Shown: positions 12,504 to 27,093, counted from the first letter of the stretch. The stretch is 64,000 nucleotides of DNA from Lama glama (GCA_028534125.1 CM052817.1:48176001-48240000), one strand, 5' to 3'. Numbers and translations are program-made. Notes: generated by a model not told the origin, from the sequence alone.

Positions 12504-13564
12504 AAAAATTACCCCAAGGAGCCTAAATTTTTGTCATTTAGCCAGACACTTCTCATAACACAGAAATGCTGCATGCTACTAAAAAGTACCAATTGGATTT
12601 TTAGGCTCATGGTTCATTCATCATTACACATGAGCTAGGTCAATTTCTAACTATATCTCTTGCAAAACACAAGTTAATATCTTTCTACATGTGCATTTAA
12701 AGGCATACAAATCCAAAGAGAGAGGAGTAGAAAGATAACCCTGGAAAGGGCTCAAGAGCAAAGGGATGAAGAGAGGCTTTGATTTTCTGCTCCATTATTT
12801 ATTCTGTATTATATTACTTTTGATTCCATTTTGTTTAAACTATAAAAATACATTAAAATTTTATTTGAATTAGATAAAGAAAGAAAATTAAAAAACAAAA
12901 CAAATTTAAAAGATTTGATTCAAGGCAGGACAAGTTATGCCCTGGAAACAAGCGCTGAATGGTACAGTGCTTCAGAGACAGAGGAGAGGGCAGCTGGTAC
13001 CATGGATGAACACACTCCAATAATGAAGGCTCTCTCAAGGTGAAAAGGCCAGAGGGACGACAAATATTTTCTTCTCCGATCAATGCTGAAAAGGGATTCG
13101 GTTCTGTGATTGCCTCCTCTCTCAGGAAAATCAAGGTAAAGACTGAAAATCCCTTCCGTGGGTAATGAAAAGGATGTGTATATTCCTAACTAGAGGTAAA
13201 AGCCAGTCCAGAGGTGCTGCGTTAATAACTAGGGTTTGCAGCTCCACGGTCTAACTGTCCCCTAGGATCAAGAGAGAGTCCCTCTCCATCTCCAAGCTCA
13301 GAAGCAGAGTAACAGTCCCTAGCTGCTGTCTGCTAGACTCGGATGGAAAATGACTTGAATTCTCAGCAGGGTAAGAATATCAGTGGATGGCTCTGAAGGA
13401 GGAGAAACTCAAAAAAAGGCAGGTTTAGGGAGGAGAAAAGGGGCTTATCCTTTTGCCGCCTCAGCTCCCCTCTAAAGAGAATGCCACCTCGGTACGCCCT
13501 CTGGCACAGCACTGATCACACTGCGGTGTGATGCCTCGTGGCAGAAGCTTCCAGTTCTGCTTAC

Positions 13565-14030
13565 ACCTTCACCCAGCAATTCCACTTTTTGGAATTTATT
13601 CTGAAGACCTAACTGTGGATGTGCTCAAGGATTTAACCACAGGGATGTTTGTTAAAGCACTACTTATGGTAACTGAAATGAATCTGGAAACGGGGGGAAT
13701 GGTTAAATAAACTCTGGGACATCTTACAACAGCCTTAAAATGATACTGGGTTAGCTAAAAACTATACAGTGACCTAGGAAGATGTTTGTGAGACACTGAG
13801 AAAAGAGCAGGTTATGAAAAATAGTATGTATTTACAGTACAACACCATTTTTGTCAAAAAAAAGCCTATGTTTAATGTACAAACTTCAGAGGATACACCT
13901 AAAACATCTATGGCCATCTATAGATTCTAAGTGATTGTTACATTGCTCTTTTTGCCTATCAATATTAATTTTACTTACTTCAATATATATTCATATATTA
14001 TTTCTTCTGTAATAAAAAATATATTTTGAA
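13565..14030 (+). mobile_element. Old L1ME-type fragment
   Basis: cccagcaattccactttttggaatttattctgaag...gggaatggttaaataaactctgg is typical of the L1M ORF2 end / 3' UTR. Confidence 0.7.
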
Positions 14031-17029
14031 GTAAAATAACACCTAAATCTATACTTATAACCATGATGTTCCCAAACTTTAGTCCTTTGTTTCCAATCAT
14101 CACTCCCTACAGAAATGAGCTCTATTCCCCACTTCAGTCATTGAAATTAATGCCCTCGGTCATCCGCACCTAGAAGCTTAAGGTCTGAATAAGCATACTT
14201 TACAACTTTAGCACACCTAAGTGGTCAACATTGTAGAAAGATAAATAAATAGTCTCATAAAAGCAGTAAGTTGTAAAGAATCTGTTTTATGGAACAAGAT
14301 TAAATTTCCTTTACAAAGGAGAAAACTAAACTACCTTTTTGACAAGTGACATGTCATGTTTTAAATTCAACATAGCTATAAATATAATCTTTGTAACAAC
14401 TGTGGGTACCATTTGTTCCTTACATATCATTGGCTAAAGAAAACCCAACTACTTTTAAGACAGCAATCCTAATGTTTAAAAGAGAACATACAACAGACAG
14501 CAATCAGTCTGGTAAGGGGCAATCTCTGTTTTTTGTCCTTAAATCCGTGGCATGTGTCATCTTCTATAATTAATGTCAAACGCTCCCTCCCAAGCAGTTT
14601 CCAGATGCCTTCCTTAAACTACAGCTAATCAGTCTCTGATTCATCACGTGTTCAGGAATGCTCTCCTAACAGGCACACTCGCTAGTTCACTGCAAAAGAA
14701 ATATTAGAACCAACTCCCCTGCCATTAAAAACCAAACATTTCAAACTTGTTTAATCTCTTTCAGGGCCAGTTGTAGACATACATTCTTCCTTTAGCCAGG
14801 TCCCAACCAATTTAAAAATATCCAAACATGAACTTACATCAGCCCAGGATCTAATGTGATGAGTCTACCAAGGTCCCCAAGAACCTGAATCACGTGCCAA
14901 GGGAAACGCGATGAACAGGCTGCTCTAGAGGGAAGACACATGTCACACCCGTCAGGGGACTCGAGTCCACTGCAGGACTAGACAGCTTCACCGAGGAAAC
15001 CTTTCCTAACTGGAGAATTTACTTCTCCCTTAAACTCAAAGAAATTGTACTGCTATTTTACTTAGTTTATTTTTCTGAATGTTCCATCTTTCTCTGGAAA
15101 GAATTTTCTGTAGTGACTAGTATACTCCTAATTTTGGAAGGAACATGAAAACTATCTCTGGAAATTTTTGTCAGGAAATTCGGTTCTCCTTTATAGCCAC
15201 TGGAGACCTGGAGACCCTAACTTTTTCCTTGGAATTTCTTCATCGTGTACTCCAGAAACCAACTGGGAAACCATGACCTCAGCCTTCACGGATGTTATGA
15301 AAGCTCCTCTCTCCTGCTGGCTCACAGTAAGAGGACAGCTCATACAGTGAGCACTTTCAATATGAGTGCTCAGACCTTAAGAGTGATGGGGGTATGTCCT
15401 GGATTGTATACGGATACCTTGAAAGCTCCAAACACATGCAATGGAAAGAAAAATAGTTACCCCAAACATAAGTACTAAGAGAAGTATCTAACTGACCCAG
15501 AAGACCCACCATTGAATTGACTTTGCCAAAGGACCTTCTCATGGGACACCAGCTGTCTATGGACTCATGGAGCCAGCTCAGTAGAACTTGGGGAACTTGA
15601 CTGGTTTCTAGTCAAGACGTGGTTAAGGGTGTCATTCATCTCATTATACAAAGTCCTCTGTCTCTTTCTGGGTGTGTGTTGGTGTACCTGTGCTTCTTCT
15701 AAGCAAGATATTTGTTTTTAATTCATGGTCTCTGTAAGTGGAGTAAGAAATCAAGTGTCACAGCTGCTTTGACTAGTAGAAATTTAAAACCAAAAGTTAG
15801 GCCCACATATACCACATGACCATGACTACTCCATGATTTACATTTGTTCTTTCTTGAGCCCACTTAAGTTGCTATCTTTTCTTCCCTTTCATTTTCCCAC
15901 TTATTTATAATTTATTCTGTATTCTTTTCATTTAAGTAATAACTATACATCACCTGGTTTTTGGCAACAAGGTAGAGTTCAAACAAGTAAATTTAGAAAG
16001 TTTCTAGACCTTCTGAAAACTATTGGCTCAATTCAACATATATCCTATATGGACAACAGCTTTGGGGAAATCAAGAAGAAACACACTATCATAGCAAAAC
16101 TGTATTTAGCACCTGGTTAGTTCTCAGCAACTACTACCTGAACATAAAGAAAAATGAGCTAAAGGCCAAAAAAAAAAAAAGTTAATTCCATCTTTACTTT
16201 CACCTCTTCTCAACTAGTTTCTTGTGATGTGATTATAAATTCAAAATCGTATATTTAACTCACCAGAAAAGCACTACATTTTCATCTACTTGCACCTATG
16301 TTAGATTATGTTGTAGCTATAGCTTCAGGTTTTATAACTAATGACACTACCACTAACTAGTTGAACAGGAGATAAATCGAAAAGTTTGTTGTCTTTCTAC
16401 AAATTTCTTTCTTTGAGTCATGAAAAACTGTCTGCTGCCTTTTAAATGAGTTCTTCACTGAATCTAATCTGTCGCCAAAATTTATTCAACCAGACTGATG
16501 TTTCTTTAAAAATGGCCAGGTTCTTTTAACATCACATTTAATAAGAAGGCACTAAATTGAGAGTGCTGATTCAGTGTTGACCAGAATTTCTTTGGTGCCC
16601 CCAAATCCATGTAAATTTATGTCAATTAGTTTCATAAACTTTAATCAGATTCTTATTGTTTCCCACAACTCAACATTTTTGACAAACACTTCAAAGCTCA
16701 TCCGTTAGCAGACATCAAATAATAATAGCCAGGAGGAGGCTTTCAAACTGGCTTCTCCATTTGCCCAAGGATTTGGTGAATCCAAGTAAGCCCAACAGTT
16801 CAGTGTGGAGAGCCGCTCTCTCACAGACACTCCAGCTCCCCTGGTTGGTTTGCATAACATGAGAACTCTACCCTCAGCCTCTTCCTGAGCTGACCTCACG
16901 ATTTCCCTTGAAATACTGAAGACCCAGATACCCAGTCATATGTGCTAAAGCAATTACAGAGGGATTTATTTATTAAACATTAATCCTCTTGTCATGCAGA
17001 GTACCTAGAAAATCCCTGATGCACTTTTG

Positions 17030-18160
17030 CACTGAAACTTTACTGGAAACGCGTTTTTCTAAGACTCCAAAGACCTTTCCCTTAACAAATCCGATCGGCC
17101 TTTCTCAAGTTTCAGTCCCCGTGGCCTCTATGCTTCATTTAGCACCGTTGAAATTCTCTCCTCGCATGGTTTCCCTGGATGTTCTCTGTGTTCTTCTGCT
17201 ACCCCTTTGTCTCATTTGCTGACTTTCCTTTTTGTCTGCCTCCACCCCCTTGGCTGGCAACACCTCCGAAGGTCCGGAACTGGCTTTCCGCATTTCTCCT
17301 TCAGTATCCGCCACTGTGAAACATACACCACGTGCTGAACTGTCTCCTCGGACAGGTGCCTCAAAAATCAATGATTTAGGCTCTCCAATTGTGATCCCAC
17401 CTCCAGTTCCCGACTCGTCATCTCAGGCTACACCCCTGACACCTGAAACGTAACATCTCAAAAACTGAGCTCATTTTTTCCCCAACCCAGCAGACTTTCC
17501 CAACACCCTCCCACTAAACCCTGATTACCTGTGATTACAAAACAGCCCCTTACCACCACCTCTAGCTCGACCATTCCAATCCTCTGGAGATATTTATCCT
17601 GCTGTATCTCTCATTTGAGGCTCATCACATGTGTTCAAGAACTTGTGGCATGTTCCTACATCTATCACATCAAATCAATAGTCAAATTATCCATGGCCAT
17701 GGAAGTTTTATCCAGACCAAGCCAGTGTGCTTAGGAACCAGCACATTACTGTCATTTTCATACCTGTGTCCTCACAATTACCATCCTCCCCACTCAAAAT
17801 GCCATCCTCACTTTTATTTGCCAATTTATGTTTCTCTTTCATCCAGTTCAAAATTCATCTCCTTCCTCCGTTAGCAGCATATTTCAAGCACCACTCCCTT
17901 AATCACGCAATACTTAGATACTTTATTTACACTGTTTTTTTCACTTACTGGTATGTTACTTGGCAAGGACTCGCAACTTGTGTTGTCTGCACACATTGTC
18001 TTTATCCCTGCTGGATTATAAAACTATTGGAAGCAGGGAACCTCTCTGATTTACAGTAACATTTTTAGTTGGTATATGAGAACATACAGAACATTTTGGT
18101 ACTCTACACAGGACAGGACAGTGCCAGCAGGTATCCACTAACTAGTTGTTAATTAATAAC
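17030..18160 (+). mobile_element. L2 LINE fragment(s)
   Basis: Pyrimidine-rich L2-like body ending ctggattataaaactattggaagcaggga...cagtgccagcaggtatccactaactagttgttaatt. Confidence 0.6.
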
Positions 18161-20104
18161 ACAGTTGTCATGGCTGGCCAATGTCATAATCCTATACCCA
18201 AATCCTATAACTAGAAGAAACACTACACATGTTTCAACCAACAATCCAAAAAGATGTAATTTCCTTCAATAAGAAGTTTAAAAATATTCCATTATAGACT
18301 CTTTCTCTCTTCAAATGAGGTTTATCTCCTTCCTCATATTTTCCTCATCAGCTTGTCCACCTGTTGGAAGGAAAAGAATTTAATTTCTTATCTAATCTAA
18401 TTACTTATTCCTGTCTGTGTTGGAATCTTGGATCCTCCAGCTGCTTTGCTCAGTGCTGTTCTCAAAGGCATAAGAAAGCACATTCTCAAGGTCAGCCTAG
18501 GCCTCTGCTTAAGTCCCTAAAGCTTAAGAACTTAGAATGTAATTCCACCAGACACCCTAAAAGTCAAAAATCTGCCTGCATTTGACTCAAAAGTACAAAG
18601 GTATTTTGATGCCAATCATACAAAGGAGAAACAAACAAGAATTAGAATTGACTTTCTCTTACTCATAGCATGAAGTGACGGGGAAAAAAACAGAGTGCTC
18701 TCCATAGCATTTCCATGGAGTTTTTTTTAATTGAATAAGTAACTGAGCTACACAAGATATCTCAAGTGGTAATGCCCTTGAGATGCCCTTGAAAGCTTCA
18801 CAAGAAGCCCTACCCTTGCTCCTTATTCTCAAGCCAAACCATCAAGAGCTGCATGGACTCACTGTCTTCATCAGAAAGCAGGGCCTCTGACACTTTCACC
18901 AACCTTCCCTGATAGAAAGCACTTAGAAAACATAGGCCTGAATTGATGTATCCAAGCTCTTCCACTCATGGCTTTCAACAGGGCACCACACAAGATGGAA
19001 TCAATTCAAACAAGACATCATCCTGAACATTGCTCCCTTCTGGCCCAGTTCCCTAGACCATCAGAACCAAAAGATGTTAATATGCAGTCAGTATGTATTA
19101 AAGGTCAGATGGATACGGACAGATGCTAAATGCACTTTGGTAGACAGATAATTTTAAAGTGTAGGGGCGACATATTAGATGCTGGGAACTTTCATCACCA
19201 TCAGTAATAAATGATATAAGGTCATGATAAAAGCTTGACTTGAAATTTTTAAAAAGATGCTTCAAGTCATTTATTCACACAGAATCTTGGTGAAATTTAG
19301 TAAATACAAAATACTTTGTTTTAACTCAGAGTTCAAAGTAGGATTCAGAGCAAAACAAAATATTTAAACATTTTGTTTATTTCCTCCGTGTTAAAACTGA
19401 TCATTGGATTATAACCAGAACCACCCAAAGCAAAATTTTTATTTTGAACTTTCAAAAGGAAACCCAGGATAAATATAGCATCATTGAGACTTTTCTCTCA
19501 ATGGGAGAAAAGCACTAGCACAAAAAATACAAGCTGTGTCTGGTGAAAGCAAACTTCTGCTTTAAACACAAAGGCTATACTGTACATTGAAGATACAGAG
19601 ACAATCACTGTCAAGAGCATTGGCATGAAGGTCAAATGCCAGTTGGTATTAGTAATGGAAATATGATCCCATTAAATGAAAGACTGAATGACACTCAAAA
19701 GCCTATAAAACACAGGACAACTCTATAGCTCCTTCAAGAAGAATGGCTAACATTATCCGAGTGCACACAGACTACAACTTACACTTTTCCCACCCTTTGT
19801 ACTTCCGGTGTCTGAAAAGCAGAAAGTACTATTTTTATCAAGTTTTCTAAAAATGTACACTTGTATTTCCTTTCATTTGTTTTTAATTTTTATTTTGAAC
19901 GTTTGCTTTCCTTCCTCTTAGATCTTTCTTTCTGTTACTTTGTTTTTCTAGAATGAGTTGTAGCATGGCTTTGTATAACGTATACTGGCAACTTGCTGTC
20001 ATCTGTACTGGTAACTTGCCTGGAAATACTACCACCCAGGCTCTGAGGACAAGACGTCTATTTAGAGGACTGTAATCAATCTAGGCAATCTGCCTTCACA
20101 CTAC

Positions 20105-20520
20105 CTGGGGAAGAGCATGAACTTTGGCTTCAGACAAACCTAACTCAAATATTGGCTCTGCCACTTACTTAAAGGGGTGACCTTAAGAAGTTACCCTTAC
20201 TTAATCTCATCAAGAGCCAACTTCTTTTTAAATGGTCATAATAATAAAAAAGATAATACTACTACTTAACCTCACAGCCTTCTTATGAAGATTCAAAGAG
20301 AGAATGAACAAAATGTCTATGAGAGTCCCTGGCACATGGTAAATCCCGCCTAATTTTGAAGCGTATCACTTTTACCATTTACTCACAACCTTAAACTTTC
20401 TAACTCACAAATGGAAATGACAATACCACCAACACAAGATTGTGATAAAGGTCAACTGAGACAATGTCAGTGAAAATACTGCTTAATAGGATAGCCATAC
20501 ACGATTGTAAGGTGATGTTA
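20105..20520 (+). mobile_element. Two adjacent MIR fragments
   Basis: ttggctctgccacttactt...gtgacctt...cctcacagccttcttatgaagattcaa...cctggcacatggtaa, then a second core aaatggaaatgacaatacc...gattgtgataaaggtcaactgaga. Confidence 0.7.
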
Positions 20521-20777
20521 CTCTGTTCAACTTAATAAGCTAAGTGTTTTCTGAATGTCATCACCGAAAGCAACGTATAATGTCTGACCTAATTTTGCAC
20601 AAAGTTATGGAAATTGCTGGTGATGATTCCAGTTTGGTTGAGCGTCACTATGTTTCAACACACCATAAGAAGAGACACATGCTAGGGGAAAACACAAGCC
20701 TCCAAAGCAATGGCGCCTTCAACAACACAACGAAAGCATCTACCACCTGGCAAGCAGGAAAGCATCGTCCTTTACAC

Positions 20778-20966
20778 CAGTGCTGTTCAGTGCTTGGTCT
20801 TCTGACCACTGGCAAGAGAACCCACATGGTGTACTTTTTTATAAGACACTCCTGAGTCCCACCCCAACTTACTTAGTCAAATCTCTGGGAGTGAGGCCCC
20901 CAAATCTGAACTTTTAACAAGCCCTCCAAGGGATTCTGATGTCCACTCAAGTGTAAGAAACTGCTG
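20778..20966. mobile_element. MER5A hAT-Charlie MITE (~190 bp)
   Basis: CAGTG...CTG termini; internal aatctctgggagtgaggccc...ttttaacaagccctccaagggattctgatg...tcaagtgtaagaa. Confidence 0.8.
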
Positions 20967-21453
20967 CTTCAAAGTCTTCATTATGCAAAATCACAATAAA
21001 CACAACCTAGCATTTGTCTCTATGGAAAATTATTTACCAGAAACAAAGAAGGAAAGACATCTTACCACAAAATTGTAATCTAAGTACAAATTTTGAAATA
21101 GACAAGGTAAACAAAGTTCCAAAAAAAAGTGAGATTTAACTTTTCTTGTAAGTACAAATTTTCAATGACATTTTATAGAGTAATATAAGAATTATTGTAC
21201 AAGTGGTCATTATTGAGCAGTCTGGTGTCTCTACCAGTGCTCTGGTTATTGACTTTGCTTCCCTTAACACTTGCCATCTTGCCTGTGTCAGCCTTATAAG
21301 CAGGAGCTGAAAATCAGCCTGCTTCCAAGTTCCAACCTTTCGTCAAGCCCAAGCTTTCACTGAACTTGCCTAAAATACTACCACCCATCTTTTTTTCCCA
21401 AGTGTTATGACCTCGTATTGGGTAGTCACCATGTAATTTGTCCACATCGCTTC

Positions 21454-21746
21454 TTTTTTTAGAAAATTTTTTATTGAAGTGTAGTTGATTTACAATGTTA
21501 GCCTCAAGAGTACAGCAAAGTGATTCAGTTATACATACACATACATATATTTTTTTCCTTTGATTCTTTTCCATTATATGTTACTACAAGAAATTGAACA
21601 TAGTTCCCTGTGCTATACAGTGGGTCCTTGTTGTTTATCTATTTTATATATAGTAGCATGTATCTGGTTAATCCTCAACCCCTAATTTATTCCTCCCTGC
21701 CTTTTCCCCTTTGGTAACCATGGTTTGGTCTCTAGGTCCATGAGTC
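21454..21746 (-). mobile_element. 5'-truncated L1 3' UTR, cetartiodactyl type, sense to SLC4A4
   Basis: ttttattgaagtgtagttgatttacaatgtt...tagttccctgtgctatacagtgggtccttgttg is the reverse complement of the 3565/34962 family. Confidence 0.88.
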
Positions 21747-22759
21747 ACCACCACTCATCTTCTGAGGCTACAGACACTAATGAGAGGATGGATTCTCATC
21801 AACATGGGCAGTCTGCTCTCACAATACCCAGGTGAGCCCGTGGGGGCTTTCCTCACCCAGAGCACATCTGACAATACCCATTGCTTTTAACTCAAAAGGT
21901 TACTGGGCCGGGACGGGATCACAAAGAATGTGTAATGTCAAGAAAGCCTCATTTCCTCTTCTGATTAAATGACTGTCTCATTTATCTTGAGTTAAGCGAA
22001 ATATCACATCCAATCCCATCACTAACTTAAGGACACTCTCTGTCAATTCCTTGAAGCAGTCCTAAGGCTCTGGCCTGTGATGGAACACACAGGGAATGAT
22101 GTCTCTATGTCACACTGATGCATACAAAGGAGGCTCCCTGACACCTGGGTCCACTGTGGCCCTGCCTGCTACCCAAGAGCAGCAGAGATCAATTTCCCAG
22201 CCTATCTGTAATCTGCTGCCGCAGGACACTAGTCAGGAACTCGCTCTAAGGAAAATCACTCCATGACTCCACAGTTGCCTAATCAGAGTCTCCACTGGGA
22301 GCACCAAGCTGACAGCTATCGGTGAAAGAAGTATGTGAGAGGCCTAAAGCATGAAACCCCAGAAAACCAGAGGTGACTAGGGGACAATGTGTAACTGGAA
22401 ACAAAAGCCAAAGTGTAAGAATCAGTGTGCAAAAAATGGGGAGCAAAAGCACTGTTGAGAGCAAAGGGGTGCCAAGAGCAGGACACACGTGCGGGTCACT
22501 GTCCTGGTTTAAAATGCAAAGGTTCAGAAAGACATAAACACAAAGAGAGCTGGCTGACGAAGCAAGGTCAGCTTGGAGACGTAATGCACTGCTGCATTCA
22601 ACACTGTCAGCAACGACTTGGAAGAAGAGAGATAAATAGAACATAGCTTATAAAAACACCAAGTCACACAAAGCTGAGGTGTTACAATTCCTTCTTGTTT
22701 TCAAGGTGGAAAAAGGAAAAAGGATTCATTGAATTATCAAGGACACAACTAAGACCAAA

Positions 22760-22980
22760 GGGTCAGAATCACAGGAAGGCTGACTCTGATCCAATGTAAT
22801 GAAAGGCATCTTAGTGATTAAAACTGTCCAGAAATGGAATGGACCACAGGGCAAGAAGCAAGCTCTCTGGTCCTAGGAGTGTGAATTATGAGCAGCCAGG
22901 AAAGTCGTAGCAAGGATTCTTACTTTGGTGAGAGACAGAATAACTGGCCCTTAAACTCCCTTTGTGCTCAAATTCCATGA
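22760..22980 (+). mobile_element. L3/CR1 LINE 3' end
   Basis: aaactgtccagaaatggaatggacc...agctctctggtcctaggagtgtg...aaattccatga resembles the CR1/L3 3' terminus. Confidence 0.55.
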
Positions 22981-25767
22981 AGAATACTTCTGGTAGAAAC
23001 CAAGTCTTTCTACCATTAAAGGAGTAGTAATGAGTCTGGCAAAGAGTGCAACATCTAAAATGATCCCAGTCTAAATTACAAGTAGAAGCCTTTTATTTCC
23101 ATTCTGGGAAATACAACTGATAGAGGCTTATTTTTACCTTATGACATCACACTACTACTAGCATTGCTCCTATTACCCTTATCACCATGGGTTAATTTCC
23201 AGCAGAAGTTTACAGACTTAACAAGTCAAGACAAAGGAAAAAAAAAAAGATTCTATTCCTGAAAGCTGACTACCTAGAAAATTCTAAGATTATGGTTCAC
23301 TCTCATCATTTAGCATAAAAGCAAATGGAGAAGGGATCTGCCGCCAGAGGATATAAAAAGCTCACTTGGGTCTGAAAGGATGACACCAGGGACCAGCCTG
23401 GGATCAGCTTACACTGAGCTCTGCACGGAAGTTCCCCTGGCCCTGGAACGCATACAAAACCAATGGAAATTTTGTAAAAGGAAAGCAATCAGTTTCATAC
23501 GCAATCTGATTTCTGTCAAGAGCAATAAATTCTTAATGGGTACAATCTGGTGATCCATAGCCGTGGAGCTTAAGGAAAGAAAGTGGGGATCATATAGCAA
23601 GCATGTTGACTCAAAAGCCACTCCTCTGACAGCCTCACATTTCCTTCCCTGGAACGTAGGGTAATGAGGCTGTGGCCTTGTGCGTAGGAGACCAGAGTGG
23701 CCTTCACATCCGATCCTGTCAAGATTCTGCTGACTTCCCACCCACAAAGGCCAAGACACTCGACACAACTGAGGCAGAACTAGTTTGGCCCCGTGTGACT
23801 CTGGGGACAAGGAAGAGAAGCTCCTTCTGTGAATTAAATGTCAGGACGGCACACATTTCAGTCACTGCAGACACTCTGAACCGAGAGTGTCCTCTGTTCC
23901 GGAGATGTCACCATACAAGAGCACACAGAGATCAAAGATGGAAACGGGTTTCACGCAAAGGCTTCCTAAGACAATGAAAGAGAAAGGAGGGTCGGGGAGG
24001 GGGAAGGGAGAGGAACAAAGACTGCCATGATACTAAAGAAGCAGAGAGTCAGCAGGGCCACGGTCGCTGTCTGTCACTAAGCCACGGAGACGAAGAGATG
24101 CAGGTTATTGTAAAAGACAAAGAGTGACACAACTTTTCCAAAACGCATGACGGACAGTCAGTGGTAGTTTCATAACAAAACTTAGCTCATCCGGTTCACA
24201 AACCGAGTCCATCTGGCACTGTCAGACCTCGGCTTCAAATGAAAAGGCCCCTTTACCTTTGCATATTTGAAACATCCGTTCACCAGTCATGCATGCTCCA
24301 CTCATTAATACTGATGGACACAGTTCTGGTCCAGTTAAAATCAGCTTTGGAGCGGCCCTTTCTCCTAACTCAGCGACCTGTCTGCTTGCCGTGTACTCTA
24401 ATGCGCTGGCCAAACGGGTTACTTTCTGGTTTTTCACAGAGTCCTCCTGTAAGTTTATCAACCCACGGCTACTTTTTCTTTCCTAAGAAAGTGGATCATT
24501 TTCCAACTCCTTTTCTGTTCAACTCCAAGATCAAAGCTTTCAAGGTTTCCTAGCCACGTTCATTAAAAAGCTGCTCTTTTTCAGAACGTGTGCCAGTGAG
24601 GTTATGTAAATGACACATATAAGAACGAAATAATGTGCAGCATGCGGTCATCATATTCAGAAAATTAAAGGGAAACCAAAAAAGAGAAAATAAGTCAAAT
24701 GGCCCTCGCCATCAGTTACTGATGTTGTGTATTGTGGAAGACAAATCAAGGCTTACATTTCATTGGTAACACTAAGACAGACTGTCGATTCCAAGAGGAC
24801 ATGCAATGTTTAAGAGCACTGTAAGCCCTCAAATATTTTTCAAAGAGAATCTGTCAATTAACCTACTGTAGCATTAGATACATGTAAATACTTAATATAA
24901 TATATATTTTATATTAAAGGGGCATTACCATAACAAGTAACACTTAACAAATGCACCATTAAACATCAATTATCATTGCTCATATCAAGGTTTTATATTC
25001 CAACCGACAAGAGAAAAATGAAGATCATACCACAGTCCTTTTTTTAAAAATTATTTTTACAAAACCATGGAATGTACGCTGGGAAAAGAGTTCGGAGATA
25101 ACTTAAGGTCTGAGCCCTTTGTCTCCCACAGGATTAAAGTGGGGCTCATACTGGTTATCCGAGTTGCAGAAAGTCATAAAACCACTTACTGCAGGACTGG
25201 CCCTAAATCCAGCCTTCCGACTCCTGCCTAGTGGGAGTGGCTTTCTGCTACGTTATGTTGCCCCTCAAAATCAAATTCTAAGGCCATCTTCTCATCTAAC
25301 TAATCATTCTTCAGCACTGTATTAAATACAAAGTTGAACTCAGATCCTGCTTTGCAGCCCTCAAGTAGAGCCTTGAATTGCGGCTCCAGGCCCACTGCAG
25401 AATCTTCAGCAACAAGTACAAGCTCTGCTGTCTCTGCAGTAAGCGCGTACTTCCCACTGCAAACAACTGCCGCGCATCCGAGTGGGAAGTGGGAAATCAG
25501 ATTCAGGGCGGGAGACATACTCCTTTAGATTCCTGCTCTGTCTGACATCTGTGCTCACCTATTTAAATATTCTGTGGCCCCAAAAAAGGTATCAAACTTA
25601 ACGTTAATTTTTTCTTTTTTATTTCTTTGCAGTGACCACTTCTCTGTAGAAGACATTGTCTAATATAAAAAGTAGGTAACATAATAACTTTATATGGACT
25701 TATTACATGTACCTTTTCCTATAGATAATATCTTTTTACTTTGAGGAAAAAAATAAATTTAAAAAAT

Positions 25768-27093
25768 AAACCTTGCTCTAAATCTCACACACTACATAAA
25801 AATTAACTCAAAACAGATCATAGATTTAAAATGCAAATTTCTTTAAATTTTAGATGATAACAAAGCAGAAAATCTTCAGGACTCAGGCTTAGTGGAGGTT
25901 TCTAAACATGACACAGAAATTATGTTCCATAAAATAAAAAAGTAATTGATAAATTGGACTTCATCAAAACTTAAAATGTTTGGTCTATGAAAAACTCTGT
26001 TAAGAGAATGAAAAAAAGAGAAAAGTTATAGGCTGGGAGAAAATATTTGCAAATCACACATATGGCAAAGCACTCACATTGAGAATATATACAGAACTTT
26101 CAAAACCCAACAGTAAAAAATAAAATAAAATAAACAATCCCACCAGAAAACGGGCAAAAGATACAAAGAGGATATACAGATGGCAAATAAGAACATGAAA
26201 AGATATCAGCACCATCAGCCATTAGGGAAATGCAAGTTGGGACCAGAACAAGATGATCACTACACACCTACTGGAACCGCTAAAACAGACAAGAGTGACA
26301 CCACCAAACGCTGGTGAGAACGCAGAGAAACCAGACAGCTCCTACACTGCTGGTGGGAGAGCGAATGCTACCACCAGCCTGAGAATTAGTTTGGCAGTTT
26401 CTTTAAAAACTAAACATACATTTACCATACAGCCCAGCAATTACACTCCCTGGCATTTATCTCAGAGAAATGAAATGACACTTACTCAAAAGCCTATTTG
26501 CACACAATTGCTTGAGGCGCCTTTATCTGTAATAACCTGAACCTGGAAACAACCAGAATGTCTCATAGGTGGTAAACAGGTAAACTGGTACAGCATACTG
26601 TAGATTTCTACTCAACAATAAAAAATGAACTTTTTGTTACCACTTGGACGGATCTCAAGGGCGTTAGGCAGATCGGAAAAAAGCCAATATAAAAAGTTCA
26701 CATACTGCATGATTCATTTATGTAACTTTCATAAAATGACAAAATTATAGAGATGGCAAACAGATTAGGAGGTGCCAAGGGTTAGGGATGGTGTGAAAGG
26801 AGAGGGTGTGACTATAAAGAAATACCCAAGGAAGGTCTCTGTAGTAATAGAATTATTCTATATCTTGATTGGGGTGGTGATTACACAAATATATACGGAG
26901 ATGTAAAGTAACACGGAACTATACACACACTTTGTACCAGTGTCAATCTCTTGATTTTGATATTAAACTATAATTGTGTAAGATGTAACCACTGGGGGAA
27001 ACGGGATGAAGGGGACATGGGATCTCTCTGTGCTATCTCTTGGAACTTCTGATAAATCTAGAATTTTTTTTCAAAATCTAGCTTTAAAAAAAA
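25768..27093 (+). mobile_element. L1M (L1MC/L1MD-like) ORF2 3' remnant plus 3' UTR, ~1.3 kb
   Basis: aaattaactcaaaa...ctgggagaaaatatttgcaaatcac...cattagggaaatgcaa...cccagcaattacactccctggcatttatctcagagaaatgaaa...gggatctctctgtgcta, ending in an A-rich tail; frame disrupted. Confidence 0.9.

Noticed and set aside
12381..12638. ORF with poly-K/E/G tract
   Set aside because: Translation of the SINE tail microsatellite.
13490..13510. Possible CTCF site (minus strand gtgccagagggcg)
   Set aside because: Only the core matches; several consensus positions mismatch.
18148..18160. HNF1-like GTTAATTAATAAC
   Set aside because: Sits at the AT-rich L2 terminus where such matches arise easily; no supporting context.
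26253..26540. 95-aa ORF as a gene
   Set aside because: Lies within the decayed L1 ORF2 remnant.
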